From contig JBJDXJ010000018.1 of assembly GCA_051866635.1 (NCBI GenBank), positions 1 to 59,447 on the forward strand: 59,447 bases of DNA, written 5' to 3'. How positions within the stretch are numbered: the stretch's first letter is position 1; every line of letters starts with the position of its first letter. The position numbers and the translations under genes were made by a program. This document shows, in pieces, positions 8,548 through 19,148 of the stretch. The stretch is from Clostridia bacterium (lineage in GTDB: Bacteria > Bacillota > Clostridia > UMGS1883). The notes below the pieces were generated by a model. The model did no database searches, was not told the DNA's origin, and saw only the letters and a list, made by a program, of their open reading frames with translations.

Positions 8548-9832
8548 GTCGTATAAACCTCGCAATAAAAAATCCGTCTGTGCCAAAGGTGTTAGGCAAA
8601 AGCTGACAGTAGCCCTTTGCATTCATGTAATCTGTAGGCAGTGCCTCGAAATTCTTATTCTCCCTTAAGAAGGTTTCTGCCATCTGCTCATTTTCCATAC
8701 GGCTTATGGTACAGGTTGAATATACCAATATTCCCCCTTTTTTCACATACCGCATTGCATTACGTAACATTCTGTACTGTGTCTTTGCAAGTGATGAGCA
8801 GTCTGCCGCACCCTTTTTCCATTTTATATCGGGCTTTCGTCTTATAATGCCCAGCCCTGAACAAGGTGCATCAAGTAAAACTCTGTCAAATCGGTTTTCA
8901 AATTCGCTATTGAACTTTTCCGCATCGTTTACCTTTGTTTCAATTATTTCAATGCCTAATCTTTTTGCACTTTTCTCAATAAGCTCTGTTTTATGGGGAT
9001 AAAGGTCACAAGCTATAACAATGCCTTTATTGCCCATCAATTCAGCGGCATATTCGCTTTTACCACCCGGTGCGGCACAAAGGTCCAAAACTTCCATTCC
9101 GCCTTTGGGGTCAAGTGCTTCAACTGCCAGCTGGCTTGCCACATCCTGAATTGAAAAATAGCCCGCTTTTTGCATCTCTCCGCCGTGGAAGGCACCACTT
9201 TTTGTATAAAGATAGGAGTTTTGTCCCAAGGGTGCTTTCTCAATACCTTCGGGAAGAGGGAAATCGCCCTTTAATAAGTTCCGCCTTAAATATGTAGGAG
9301 GCGTTTCGTTCCCCGCTTTAAGGAGCGTTTCAATATCCTTAATTCCTTCGCTTTTCCATTTTCCCACAATCCAATCAGGGTATGAATAGAACAGTGAAAG
9401 ATATTCTTCGTCTCCCTTTTCGGGCAAAAAGTCACCGCTTTGAGTCACCTTTCTTAAAACGGCATTTACAAAGCCTGCACTTTTGCCGTGACCATACCTT
9501 TTTGCTAAGTTTACACATTCATTTATAGTTGCACTTTCGGGTATTTTGTCCAAAAACTTCAAGGAATATACACCTATACGCAGAATGTTCAATATCCACA
9601 CGGAAATCTTTTTCAGCTTAAGGGTGGAAAGATGTGAAATTATATTGTCAAGGTAAAGCCTATTTCTTTCAACACCGAAAACAAGCTCTGTACACAAACC
9701 GCTGTCACGGCTGTCAAGGTGCGAAGACTTAATTATATCGTTTAAGGCAATGTTAAGATATGCCTCTTCCTTTTCAATTGCATATAAAGTTTTAAGTGCC
9801 GCTTCACGGGCGTTTGATATACTACTTGCCAT
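8540..9832 (-). CDS. rsmB: 16S rRNA m5C967 methyltransferase
   Basis: NusB-like N-terminus; DLCAAPGGKS, DAPCSGLG and YSTCT motifs. Confidence 0.95.
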   Translation of the reverse strand: MASSISNAREAALKTLYAIEKEEAYLNIALNDIIKSSHLDSRDSGLCTELVFGVERNRLYLDNIISHLSTLKLKKISVWILNILRIGVYSLKFLDKIPESATINECVNLAKRYGHGKSAGFVNAVLRKVTQSGDFLPEKGDEEYLSLFYSYPDWIVGKWKSEGIKDIETLLKAGNETPPTYLRRNLLKGDFPLPEGIEKAPLGQNSYLYTKSGAFHGGEMQKAGYFSIQDVASQLAVEALDPKGGMEVLDLCAAPGGKSEYAAELMGNKGIVIACDLYPHKTELIEKSAKRLGIEIIETKVNDAEKFNSEFENRFDRVLLDAPCSGLGIIRRKPDIKWKKGAADCSSLAKTQYRMLRNAMRYVKKGGILVYSTCTISRMENEQMAETFLRENKNFEALPTDYMNAKGYCQLLPNTFGTDGFFIARFIRRD

Positions 9833-10533
9833 CAGTCTCTGTCCCTTGCTATAAGAATTAATCTTAAAAGCTGTGCTATGCTTGTTGCCGCAGCCGCTAC
9901 ATAAGTAAATGCCGCCGCACTGAGAACCTTTTTAACCATACCTGTTTCATCATCGTAAAGGTAACCGCCCTCGGATAAAATCTTTATGGCACGGTTTGAA
10001 GCGTCAAATTCCACAGGCAGTGTAACAATCTGGAAAACTACTGCCGCGGCGAAGAAAAGTATGCCTCCGTAAACTAAAAGGCCTCCTAAATAGCTTTCAA
10101 ACTGCATAAGCACAAACCCCAATATAATAAGGGGGATAGAAATTCTTGAACCGAAATTTGCAACGGGAACTAATGCACTTCTCCATTTTACAGGTGCATA
10201 GCCCACCGCATGCTGAACTGCATGACCTGCCTCGTGTGCCGCAACGCCCACTGCCGCAACAGAGGAGGAATTCATTACAGAATCTGAAAGCCTTACAACA
10301 TTTGCCTTTGGGTCGTAATGGTCAGTTAAATTACCTCGTACATGTTCGATTTTAACATCATAAAGCCCGTTATTGTCAAGAATTTGCCTTACGGCTTCTG
10401 TAGCCGTGAAATTCCTTCTTGTCTGAACACGAGAATATTTTTTGTATGTGCCGTTAACCTTTTGTGATGCAATCATGGAAATAATAATCATCGGAAGCAC
10501 AAGAACTATATAATAAATATCGTAATAGAACAT
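9832..10533 (-). CDS. Membrane zinc metallopeptidase (YugP family)
   Basis: LTDHYDP, AAHEAGHA and TLPVEFDAS motifs. Confidence 0.9.
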   Translation of the reverse strand: MFYYDIYYIVLVLPMIIISMIASQKVNGTYKKYSRVQTRRNFTATEAVRQILDNNGLYDVKIEHVRGNLTDHYDPKANVVRLSDSVMNSSSVAAVGVAAHEAGHAVQHAVGYAPVKWRSALVPVANFGSRISIPLIILGFVLMQFESYLGGLLVYGGILFFAAAVVFQIVTLPVEFDASNRAIKILSEGGYLYDDETGMVKKVLSAAAFTYVAAAATSIAQLLRLILIARDRD

Positions 10534-10545
10534 AAAATCAACCCT

Positions 10546-11472
10546 TTATCTTCCTAAAATTGAGCCTTTTTCTATTTTGTTTCCCACAAGATAGTCTTTA
10601 ACGCTCATTCTTTTTTTGCCGTCAAACTTAACTTCTTTTATCTTAATGGCACCATTTTTTGCGGCAACTGTAATGCCTTCATTATTAACATTTATAATCT
10701 CGCCTATCTTACCTGTGCCTGAAACCTTTTCTGTTTTATAAGGCACAAATCTCTTTTCACCAAGGTAAGTATATGCCATAGGCCAGGAATCCATCCCACG
10801 TATAAGGTTATATATTTCATCGCTTGTTTTATTCCAGTCTATCTCACCCTCTGCTTTTGTGAGCATATGGGCATATGTTGCCTTGGAATCGTCCTGTTTT
10901 TCAGATGAAAAATCGCCTTTTTTAAATCTTTCGATTGTTTGTATAAGAACATCTGCACCTAAGAGGGCAAGTTTATCGTGCAATGTTTCCGCTGTATCAT
11001 CATCTGCAATGGGAATTTTTTCAACCATAATTATATTTCCCGTATCAAGACCCTTTTCCATATACATTGCCGTAACGCCCGTTTCCTTTTCACCGTTTAT
11101 AACAGCCCTTTGTATAGGTGCCGCACCACGGTATGCCGGAAGTATTGATGCATGAGCATTCACACATCCGTATTTAGGGTAGTTTAAAACATATTCGGGC
11201 AAAATTTTTCCGTAAGCCACTACTATGATTAATTCAGGGTCAATTTCCTCCAAAAAGGGCATCAGTTCCCCGTTTTTTATTGTTTCAGGCTGAAATACGG
11301 GAATATTATATTCAATTGCCACCTTTTTAACGTCTGTAGGTGTTAAAACCATGCCCCTGCCCTGCTTCTTGTCAGGCTGTGACACAACAGCTGAAATGCA
11401 GTAGCCCTTTTCTATTAAAGTTTTAAGGGAAACTGCCGCAAATTCAGGGGTCCCCATAAACATAATCCTCAT
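10546..11472 (-). CDS. fmt: Methionyl-tRNA formyltransferase
   Basis: FMGTPEFA, VVAYGKIL and HASILPAYRGAAPI motifs. Confidence 0.97.
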   Translation of the reverse strand: MRIMFMGTPEFAAVSLKTLIEKGYCISAVVSQPDKKQGRGMVLTPTDVKKVAIEYNIPVFQPETIKNGELMPFLEEIDPELIIVVAYGKILPEYVLNYPKYGCVNAHASILPAYRGAAPIQRAVINGEKETGVTAMYMEKGLDTGNIIMVEKIPIADDDTAETLHDKLALLGADVLIQTIERFKKGDFSSEKQDDSKATYAHMLTKAEGEIDWNKTSDEIYNLIRGMDSWPMAYTYLGEKRFVPYKTEKVSGTGKIGEIINVNNEGITVAAKNGAIKIKEVKFDGKKRMSVKDYLVGNKIEKGSILGR

Positions 11473-11503
11473 AAATCTACCTCCCTTTGAGGTTTATATA
11501 TTT

Positions 11504-11968
11504 TTAGTCCTCGTCATCTATGTCTTTCCATTCCACTACCTTGGAGGAATACAAAATTCCGTCCAGATGATCTAACTCGTGACAAATGCACTTAGCGTAC
11601 AATTCTTCACCTGAAAATTCAATTTCCTCACCGTAGCGGTTCTGTGCCCTGCAAGTAGCCTTCATAGGTCTTTCAACAGTGCCCACCTTACCCGGGAGAC
11701 TTAAACAGCCTTCCACATCTATATAACTGCCTTCAGTATATGTTAAGACAGGGTTTACAAGCTCAACCATTTCTTCACCTGTATCAATAACCACAACCCT
11801 TTTCAATATACCAACCTGAGGTGCAGCAAGACCTACACCCTGTGCTTTTTTAAGGGTGTCTTTCATATCATCTAAAAGTATATGCAGTCTTTCATCAAAT
11901 TTATCAACAACACGGCAAACCTTGTTAAGACAAGGATCACCTTCAACACGTATTTCTCTGATAGCCAT
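11504..11968 (-). CDS. def: Peptide deformylase
   Basis: GVGLAAPQ, EGCLS and HELDH motifs. Confidence 0.97.
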   Translation of the reverse strand: MAIREIRVEGDPCLNKVCRVVDKFDERLHILLDDMKDTLKKAQGVGLAAPQVGILKRVVVIDTGEEMVELVNPVLTYTEGSYIDVEGCLSLPGKVGTVERPMKATCRAQNRYGEEIEFSGEELYAKCICHELDHLDGILYSSKVVEWKDIDDED

Positions 11969-12004
11969 ATATGTCTCCTCCTTTTAAACCTATTAAAGTT
12001 TTTA

Positions 12005-14437
12005 CTAACTCATGCTGTAAGGATTTATGTCAACAGATATCTGCACACCGTTCTCCCTTTTTGCAGCTAACATTTTCCTGAATGTCTTTGAAAAAACTTT
12101 TGCGTCCTTACATTTAAACCATATTCTTTTACGCCACCTGCCCTGTATCTTTGCAATTGGTGCATTAGCAGGTGGAAAAATTTTTATGCCTTCACTACGC
12201 ACATTTTCGTCCACCCTAAGCTCACTGTAGCACATGGTGGCACATTTTGTGCATTTATCCTCCTCCTCGGAGCTTACTATGATATTCACAATATCCTCAA
12301 AAGGCGGGTAACCGAAAACACGGCGGAATTCAATTTCTTCTTTATAAAAGGTTTTATAATCCTGCTCAGATGCCAGGTTAAGAACCCTGTTTTCCGGGGA
12401 ATATGTCTGTATGACTGCTCTGCCGGGAGTATCCCCTCTGCCTGCTCTGCCGGCAACCTGGGTTATAAGTGCAAAGGTTCTTTCCTGGGCACGGAAATCA
12501 TCGGCATAAAGTGATGCATCTGCCGCCAAGGCACCAACTAAGGTAACACGGGGAAAATCAAGACCTTTTGACACCATCTGTGTGCCCAATAAAATATCTG
12601 CACCCTCATTTTCAAACTTTTCAAGAATTTTTTCGTGTCCGTTTTTGCCCCCTGTTGTATCGGCATCCATCCTGACAATTTTTGCATTTGGAAAAATTTC
12701 GTTAATCTGCTTTTGTGCTTTTTGAGTTCCCGTGCCAAAGTCACGTATGTTCTTACTTTTGCACACAGGACAAAGTGCATCACGGTGTTGTCTGTAACCG
12801 CACATGTGGCAGTTTAATGTGTCGTTTGTACTGTGGTAAGTAAGTGACACACTGCACTTTGGACACATATACACAAAACCGCAGTCACGGCAGGACACAA
12901 AGGTTGAAAAACCACGCCTGTTTAAAAACAGTATTGTCTGTTCCCCTTTTTTCAAGTTTTCATAAATATTTTGTGCCAGCAAGCGGCTTAAAACAGTTCT
13001 GTTTCCATCTTCAAGTTCTTTTCTCATATCAACGATTTCAACCTTTGGAAGGGGATTTTTGTTATATCTCTTTGTAAGCTTGATTAACTTATACTCCCCT
13101 TTTTGTGCTTTGTAATAGCTTTCAACGGAGGGTGTTGCACTTGCAAGAAGAAGGGGACAATTAAATGCTTCACACCTTAAGCGTGCAATGTCACCGGCAT
13201 GATATTTCGGTGTAGTTTCCGATTTGTATGAATATTCATGCTCTTCATCTATAATAATTATTCCAAGATTATTGCAGGGTGCGAAAACTGCACTTCTTGC
13301 CCCCACAACAACCTTAGCATCGCCTTTTTTTATGCGTTTATATTCGTCATATCTTTCGCCTAAGGAAAGTGCCGAATGCATAATCGCCACAACAGAACCG
13401 AAACGCTTGTAAAAACGGTCCGTTATCTGTGGTGTAAGGGAAATTTCAGGCACCAAAACAATTGCCTGCTTGCCCTTTTTAATAAGTTCCTCCACAATCT
13501 GCAGATATACTTCCGTTTTACCGCTTCCCGTTACACCGTGGAGTAAAAAAGTTTCATTTTTTGCATTTTTAACGATTTCTATGGCGTTTTTCTGTTCATC
13601 TGTAGGTTCAAAGGCTTTTGTACGCTCCACACTCTTAGTTTTGGGGTTTCTTAAAACCTCCACATCCTCGTAACATATAACGCCCTTTAGCTCCAGTGCC
13701 TCTATGCTGTTACGTGAACAGTTACAGGAGGATATTACATCACTTATTGTATATTTTTCGCCGTCTGCTAAAAATTCCACAATTTTTGCCTGAATGGGAC
13801 AACTTTTTCGTATGCTTTCAGCATAGGAAAAAGCATCCTCGCTGTAATTGTAATAGCATACCCTGACAGTTTTATCGTTTACTTTTTTTCGGCTTTTATA
13901 TTCAACTTCTACAAAGCCCTTTTTTAAAAGTGCGTTAACATAACTTTTGGCGTTCTTTCCCATTTCCGCCCTGATGGCGGTCATTTCTAAACTTCCGGAA
14001 GCATTTGAAAGAAGGGTTATAACTCTCTCCTGCATTGCACTTCTTTTTGTGCTTTCATACATTTTTTCAAGGGTAAACTCATCGGTCAGATTGACCCATT
14101 CTTCTTTCTTTTCGTCGCTTCCCACAGGCAGTAACAGCTTTGCCGCAGAGTAAAAAGAGCAATAATAATCCTCCCTCATTTTAAAGATAAGGTCAATATC
14201 CTTATCTGTTAAAAGGGGCATAGGGTCAACTACGCTTTTTATTTCTTTAACCTCTTCAAAGTCTGTTTTGTCAAGCACATCAGTAACAATCCCATCAGTA
14301 AGGTGGTTTTTGAACCCAAATGGCACTTTTACCCTTACGCCGCAAACCACATCGCCTAAAAACTTTTTAGGTATTTTATAAGAAAAGGGCTTGTCCAGAC
14401 TTAAAAGCGGTGTATTTATATATACCTCTGCATACAT
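12005..14437 (-). CDS. priA: Primosomal protein N'
   Basis: HGVTGSGKTE, DEEHE, SATPS and Cys-rich zinc region. Confidence 0.97.
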   Translation of the reverse strand: MYAEVYINTPLLSLDKPFSYKIPKKFLGDVVCGVRVKVPFGFKNHLTDGIVTDVLDKTDFEEVKEIKSVVDPMPLLTDKDIDLIFKMREDYYCSFYSAAKLLLPVGSDEKKEEWVNLTDEFTLEKMYESTKRSAMQERVITLLSNASGSLEMTAIRAEMGKNAKSYVNALLKKGFVEVEYKSRKKVNDKTVRVCYYNYSEDAFSYAESIRKSCPIQAKIVEFLADGEKYTISDVISSCNCSRNSIEALELKGVICYEDVEVLRNPKTKSVERTKAFEPTDEQKNAIEIVKNAKNETFLLHGVTGSGKTEVYLQIVEELIKKGKQAIVLVPEISLTPQITDRFYKRFGSVVAIMHSALSLGERYDEYKRIKKGDAKVVVGARSAVFAPCNNLGIIIIDEEHEYSYKSETTPKYHAGDIARLRCEAFNCPLLLASATPSVESYYKAQKGEYKLIKLTKRYNKNPLPKVEIVDMRKELEDGNRTVLSRLLAQNIYENLKKGEQTILFLNRRGFSTFVSCRDCGFVYMCPKCSVSLTYHSTNDTLNCHMCGYRQHRDALCPVCKSKNIRDFGTGTQKAQKQINEIFPNAKIVRMDADTTGGKNGHEKILEKFENEGADILLGTQMVSKGLDFPRVTLVGALAADASLYADDFRAQERTFALITQVAGRAGRGDTPGRAVIQTYSPENRVLNLASEQDYKTFYKEEIEFRRVFGYPPFEDIVNIIVSSEEEDKCTKCATMCYSELRVDENVRSEGIKIFPPANAPIAKIQGRWRKRIWFKCKDAKVFSKTFRKMLAAKRENGVQISVDINPYSMS

Positions 14438-14447
14438 TCGCTCACAC

Positions 14448-15944
14448 TCATTTATTTATTATTACACATCTTGCATCGTTATCCCATTCGGCAGTCATAC
14501 CCAAAGATTCAACTATGGCTCTTACGGGAACGTATACGGTGCCGTCAATGTTCAAGGGTTTTACATAATTATTGTTTACATCGGAGGGGATTAAAATGTT
14601 TCCGTCCACATAAACACGGATATCCTTATAGACCTTAGCCTCTACATTGTCTTTAGCTTCTTCAACTGCGATAATAAAAGCTTGGTAAGTATCGCCATAG
14701 CCATCCTTGGCAAACTTTTCGTTCAAGGTTTCTATCATATTGGATATAGCTGTAACCTTTACTGCAAAGTCCTCTGAAACGCCTTCATATGGAGAATATT
14801 CAAAATTATAGGCTTCTTTTATTTCTTCTTCGGAAAGATATCCGCTGTTACAAACCCTTTCTACAGCGAACAGCTCCTTAATTAAATCAAAAGCGTCCTC
14901 ATAGTAAGAGTCCATTGTAGCACCTAAAAATTCAAACTCACTACTTGTAATTTCCATGCCCTCAATCATGCCATATGCATCTGTACCCTTTGTAACGAAA
15001 ACAATTTTTGTAGGATTGGGAATACTGTTTACTTCATCGTAAAATGCAGAAACCTTATAGTTTTCCATGTCAGCATTTTCCCTATCCAAGGGCAATCTTA
15101 ATATAATGTGATAGCCATAATCCGTACCAACGGGTTCCTTTGTGTATTCATTTTCCAAAAGTGCAAAGGCTGCCTTTTCAAAAGGTTCAACCATTTCACC
15201 GTATGTAAAGGTGTAGGTGGAATTTGCACTTTGTCCCGGGTCAATATTATATTCTTCAATGAGCTTTTCAAAGCTTTCGCCATCATTTAACGCGGCAATA
15301 ATATTTTCCGCAGTTTCCTTGTCACCTGCTAAAATATGCTTCACCGTAACAAAGTTATCATATTCATCTTCAGGTACTTCAATCTTGCTCAATAGGGCAA
15401 TCTCTCCTGCAAGAAGATTGAAACATTCTCTTATTTCCCCTTCTTTAACGCCTATGGATTTTGCAAAATCAGCCAAACTTTCCTCTGTTTCACCATAGGA
15501 AGCATATACATCATTAATGCTCTTTTCTATATCTTCTTTTGTTATTAAGCCTTCTTTTATCTTATTTTCAATAAGTTTTTCCATTTTATAGCTTAAAATG
15601 AAATTTTCTGTTCTAAAGCCAAATTTCAAAAATCCGTCTGTGTAAATTTTGTCTTCTATCTGCACATAGGGATATGCCTCTACATCAGTTGCCATAGGCT
15701 TTGAACCAACGTACACCGCATAGTTTTCTGCGTCAAAGCTCACTTCTTTACCTACAGCCTCGCCCATTGCTCTTACCGGCAAATATGTGGAGCCGTCCTT
15801 TATAAAGGGTTCAACCACTTCACCTAAGGCATTTTTTGCTATAAATTCTTCACCGTTTATTTTAATATTAACATCTGCCGCAAGGCAAGATGCAGCGGGC
15901 AGAAGCATTGCTCCTGCAAGTAATGTACATATAATTTTTTTCAT
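14448..15944 (-). CDS. Secreted parvulin-type peptidyl-prolyl isomerase with copper-amine-oxidase-N-like segments at both ends
   Basis: Signal peptide; TYLPVRAMGE (N-term) and VYVPVRAIVE (C-term); central VKHIL...MVEPFEKAAF...TDYGYHII rotamase motif; ATG at 15944 after AGAGGAG. Confidence 0.8.
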   Translation of the reverse strand: MKKIICTLLAGAMLLPAASCLAADVNIKINGEEFIAKNALGEVVEPFIKDGSTYLPVRAMGEAVGKEVSFDAENYAVYVGSKPMATDVEAYPYVQIEDKIYTDGFLKFGFRTENFILSYKMEKLIENKIKEGLITKEDIEKSINDVYASYGETEESLADFAKSIGVKEGEIRECFNLLAGEIALLSKIEVPEDEYDNFVTVKHILAGDKETAENIIAALNDGESFEKLIEEYNIDPGQSANSTYTFTYGEMVEPFEKAAFALLENEYTKEPVGTDYGYHIILRLPLDRENADMENYKVSAFYDEVNSIPNPTKIVFVTKGTDAYGMIEGMEITSSEFEFLGATMDSYYEDAFDLIKELFAVERVCNSGYLSEEEIKEAYNFEYSPYEGVSEDFAVKVTAISNMIETLNEKFAKDGYGDTYQAFIIAVEEAKDNVEAKVYKDIRVYVDGNILIPSDVNNNYVKPLNIDGTVYVPVRAIVESLGMTAEWDNDARCVIINK

Positions 15945-15945
15945 A

Positions 15946-17157
15946 TTATTTCTCCTCTGAAATTTTTGTAGCCATATCAAGTATAACAGCTGCCAAGTTT
16001 TCCTTTGTATCTATGGGAAGCTCTGTCACATTGCCGTTTTTTTCAATAACTGTCAAAACATTTGTGTCGGTACCAAAGCCTGCACCTTCTACATTCAGGC
16101 TGTTTGCACAAATCATATCTAAATTTTTGCCAACGAGCTTTTTTTGTGCATTTTCAAGTAGGTTTTCAGTTTCCATACAAAAGCCGATAAGCACCTGATG
16201 AGCCTTCTTTTCCCCTAAATATTTTAAAATATCATCTGTTCTTTCAAGCTCAATATTTAAACTGCCGTTATCCTTTTTTGTTTTTTTGTCATTTACGTAC
16301 TTAGGTCTAAAATCAGCCACAGCCGCCGCTTTTATTACAATGTCATTGTCAAAATACCTTTCGGTTACTTCACGGAACATATCCTTTGCACTTAGTATTT
16401 CAACGGTGTCCACACCCAAAGGTTTAGGTAAATTGGTCTTTCCTGTGATTAAAGTTACCTTTGCACCCTTTGCCTTTGCAACACGAGCCAAGGCGTATCC
16501 CATCTTACCTGTTGAATGGTTTGTTATATATCTTACAGGGTCAATTTTCTCCTGTGTGGCACCGGCGGTAATTAAAACCCTTTTTCCTAAAAGAGTTTTT
16601 TCAAAAGCCAATTCATTTACAACTCTTTCCACAATTTCGGCAGGTTCGGGCAATTTTCCCACCCCTACCGCACCGCATGCAAGACGGCCCGATGCAGGCT
16701 CTATTACGACAAAACCCCTGCCACGGAGTTTCTCCAGATTTTCCTGTACAATTTTATTTTCGTACATGTGAGTATTCATGGCGGGGGATATTATTATTTT
16801 TTTGTCGGATGCGGCAAGCACAGTAGTAGTGAGCATATCGTCACCGATACCGTTTGCAACTTTGCCAATAAAATTTGCCGTAGCAGGAGCAACAAGGACC
16901 AAATCTGCCCCTCGTGCTAAATCAATATGAGGTACACCCTGTTCATTTTCATCAAAAAGACAGGTATGTACCTTGTTCCCTGTGATAGATTTGAAAGTAA
17001 GAGGCGTAACAAACTCACAGGCGGCATTTGTCATAACAACATGAACATCTGCCCCTTGCTTAATAAGTCTTGATGCAACATCGCAGGCTTTATATGCCGC
17101 AATGCCACCTGTTACACCCAGTAAAATGTTTTTGCCCTTCAGCATATCCATCACCAC
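15946..17157 (-). CDS. coaBC: Phosphopantothenoylcysteine decarboxylase/ligase
   Basis: GVTGGIAAYK, PAMNTHM, GRLACG and IDPVRYITNHSTGKMG motifs. Confidence 0.97.
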   Translation of the reverse strand: MVMDMLKGKNILLGVTGGIAAYKACDVASRLIKQGADVHVVMTNAACEFVTPLTFKSITGNKVHTCLFDENEQGVPHIDLARGADLVLVAPATANFIGKVANGIGDDMLTTTVLAASDKKIIISPAMNTHMYENKIVQENLEKLRGRGFVVIEPASGRLACGAVGVGKLPEPAEIVERVVNELAFEKTLLGKRVLITAGATQEKIDPVRYITNHSTGKMGYALARVAKAKGAKVTLITGKTNLPKPLGVDTVEILSAKDMFREVTERYFDNDIVIKAAAVADFRPKYVNDKKTKKDNGSLNIELERTDDILKYLGEKKAHQVLIGFCMETENLLENAQKKLVGKNLDMICANSLNVEGAGFGTDTNVLTVIEKNGNVTELPIDTKENLAAVILDMATKISEEK

Positions 17158-17167
17158 TTTATTTCAT

Positions 17168-17344
17168 TTAGTGCTTAATTCTTACCAAGCCTTCGCTTAT
17201 TTCACGTACTGCAACTGAAACGTGTTTATCTGTAAGCTTTTCCCCTCTTTCAGCAAGCTGTCTTGCACGCTTTGCCGTTACAATAACCAAAGAATATCTT
17301 GAGGGCATACCCTCCATAAGTTTAGAAATTTCAGGATATAACAT
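17168..17344 (-). CDS. rpoZ: RNA polymerase omega subunit (58 aa, not in ORF track)
   Basis: Manual translation MLYPEISKLMEGMPSRYSLVIVTAKRARQLAERGEKLTDKHVSVAVREISEGLVRIKH; canonical position between gmk and coaBC. Confidence 0.95.
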   Translation of the reverse strand: MLYPEISKLMEGMPSRYSLVIVTAKRARQLAERGEKLTDKHVSVAVREISEGLVRIKH

Positions 17345-17346
17345 AA

Positions 17347-17943
17347 TTAAAACTCCTTTAAAAAATCTTTATTATTTTTAATTTTACACTTCTCTGAAGT
17401 GAAAATCGCTCCCAATTCATCAGCGGCATTTTCAAGGCAGTCATTTACGATAACGTAGTCATACTTGTCCGCCTGTGCAATTTCGCCATATGCCATATTA
17501 AGCCTTTTTTCAACCACGTCCATGCTCTCTGTGCCTCTGCCGATAAGCCTTTCACGAAGCACTTCGTATGACGGGGGTGCTGTAAACACCAAAACAGCCT
17601 CAGGGCAGTTTTTCTTAACCAAAAGGGCACCCTGCACATCAATTTCCAGTATTACATCAACACCGCTTTGAAGTTTCTTTTCCACCTCTTCACGTGGTGT
17701 GCCGTAATAGTTTTCGCAAAACCGTGCATATTCCAAAAAACCGTCTTCTGCTATTTTCTGTTCAAATTCCTCAACAGTCATGAAAAAGTAGTTTACGCCA
17801 TACCTTTCCCCTTCTCTTGGGTCACGTGTTGTGGCAGAAACAGAAACAAATACATTTTCATGTTTATCGGTATATTCCTTTACAAGTGTACCTTTACCTG
17901 AGCCCGATGGCCCTGAAAGTACAAGCAATGTTCCCCTTCTCAT
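17347..17943 (-). CDS. gmk: Guanylate kinase
   Basis: SGPSGSGKGT, SATTR, YYGTP and LEIDVQG motifs. Confidence 0.97.
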   Translation of the reverse strand: MRRGTLLVLSGPSGSGKGTLVKEYTDKHENVFVSVSATTRDPREGERYGVNYFFMTVEEFEQKIAEDGFLEYARFCENYYGTPREEVEKKLQSGVDVILEIDVQGALLVKKNCPEAVLVFTAPPSYEVLRERLIGRGTESMDVVEKRLNMAYGEIAQADKYDYVIVNDCLENAADELGAIFTSEKCKIKNNKDFLKEF

Positions 17944-17956
17944 AAGTAACCATCCT

Positions 17957-18223
17957 TTATTCCTCACCGATTATAACAGGTTGTTTTTCACTTGTTTCAT
18001 TACGTTCATATATTATATCTGCCGTTAACGCTGAAAGTATAACATGACCTGAATCGGCGATAATAACGCTTTTTGTTTTTCTTCCGTATGTTGCGTCAAT
18101 AAGCATGCCCTTATCCTGAGCGTCCCTGACAAGTCTTTTTACAGGTGCCGAATCGGGACTTACAACGCTTACAATTTTGCTGTCGGAAACCATGTTCCCG
18201 AAACCGATATTGATTAGTTTCAT
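17957..18223 (-). CDS. remA: DUF370 regulator RemA/YlzA
   Basis: MKLINIGFGN, SPDSAP and LIDATYGRKT motifs; upstream of gmk. Confidence 0.92.
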   Translation of the reverse strand: MKLINIGFGNMVSDSKIVSVVSPDSAPVKRLVRDAQDKGMLIDATYGRKTKSVIIADSGHVILSALTADIIYERNETSEKQPVIIGEE

Positions 18224-18272
18224 CCAAAATCTCTCCTAAAGTGCTTTTGTGCTAAAGCATAAACATAGGATA

Positions 18273-19148
18273 TTATTCAATATTCTGAACCTGTTCTCTT
18301 AATTTCTCAATTTCCGCCTTAACGTCAATAACATTTCTTGCAACGGAAAGATTGTTGCATTTTGAACCTGTTGTGTTGATTTCTCTGTTCATTTCCTGAA
18401 TAAGGAAATCCATCTTTCTGCCTACAGGTTCTGTAGATTTAAACATTTCTCGCATCTGGTCAATGTGGCTTTTTAACCTTGCTATTTCTTCATCCACATT
18501 AACTTTATCGGAGAAAAGTGCAACTTCTGTTAAAAGCCTCGATTCGTCATAGGGGACGCTTCCCATTATTTCCTTCATTCTTGCTTCTATTTTGTTTCTG
18601 TAGTTTGTAACAATTTCAGGCGTATTATTTTCAATAATACCTACAATATCTTCAATCACATTCAAATGTTCTTGAAGTACCAAAAGCATGTTGTAGCCTT
18701 CTTCTTCACGCATTTCAACGTACATTTTTCCTGCCTTCTCCAAGGCTTCCAACACAACCTTTGTCATTTCCTCGCTGTCTTCATCCTCCGCATCAATAGT
18801 TAAAACATCGGGAAGGCGAGCGAGAGTTGTGGCATTTACATCATTAGAAGTATTTGTTTCCTCTGCAATTTTATTAATTGCCTCATAATAAGCCTTTGCA
18901 AGGTTTACATTGACATTTACCGCCTTACTTTCGTCAGTTGCATCATCGATGTTTATATAAACATCGATCTTTCCTCGGGAAGTATAATTTGTAACAGCTT
19001 TTTTCAAAGGAGCTTCCAAAAAGGTGTAAAGACGAGGTGTTTTTACGGAAATATCACTGTAACGACTGTTTACGCTTTTAATTTCAACAGTAATCTTTTT
19101 TCCCATATACATAGTTTCGGCAGTGCCGTAACCTGTCATGCTTCTCAC
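18273..19148 (-). CDS. yloC: YicC/YloC family endoribonuclease
   Basis: [28 protein letters not shown] and REQVQNIE motifs. Confidence 0.95.
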   Translation of the reverse strand: MRSMTGYGTAETMYMGKKITVEIKSVNSRYSDISVKTPRLYTFLEAPLKKAVTNYTSRGKIDVYINIDDATDESKAVNVNVNLAKAYYEAINKIAEETNTSNDVNATTLARLPDVLTIDAEDEDSEEMTKVVLEALEKAGKMYVEMREEEGYNMLLVLQEHLNVIEDIVGIIENNTPEIVTNYRNKIEARMKEIMGSVPYDESRLLTEVALFSDKVNVDEEIARLKSHIDQMREMFKSTEPVGRKMDFLIQEMNREINTTGSKCNNLSVARNVIDVKAEIEKLREQVQNIE

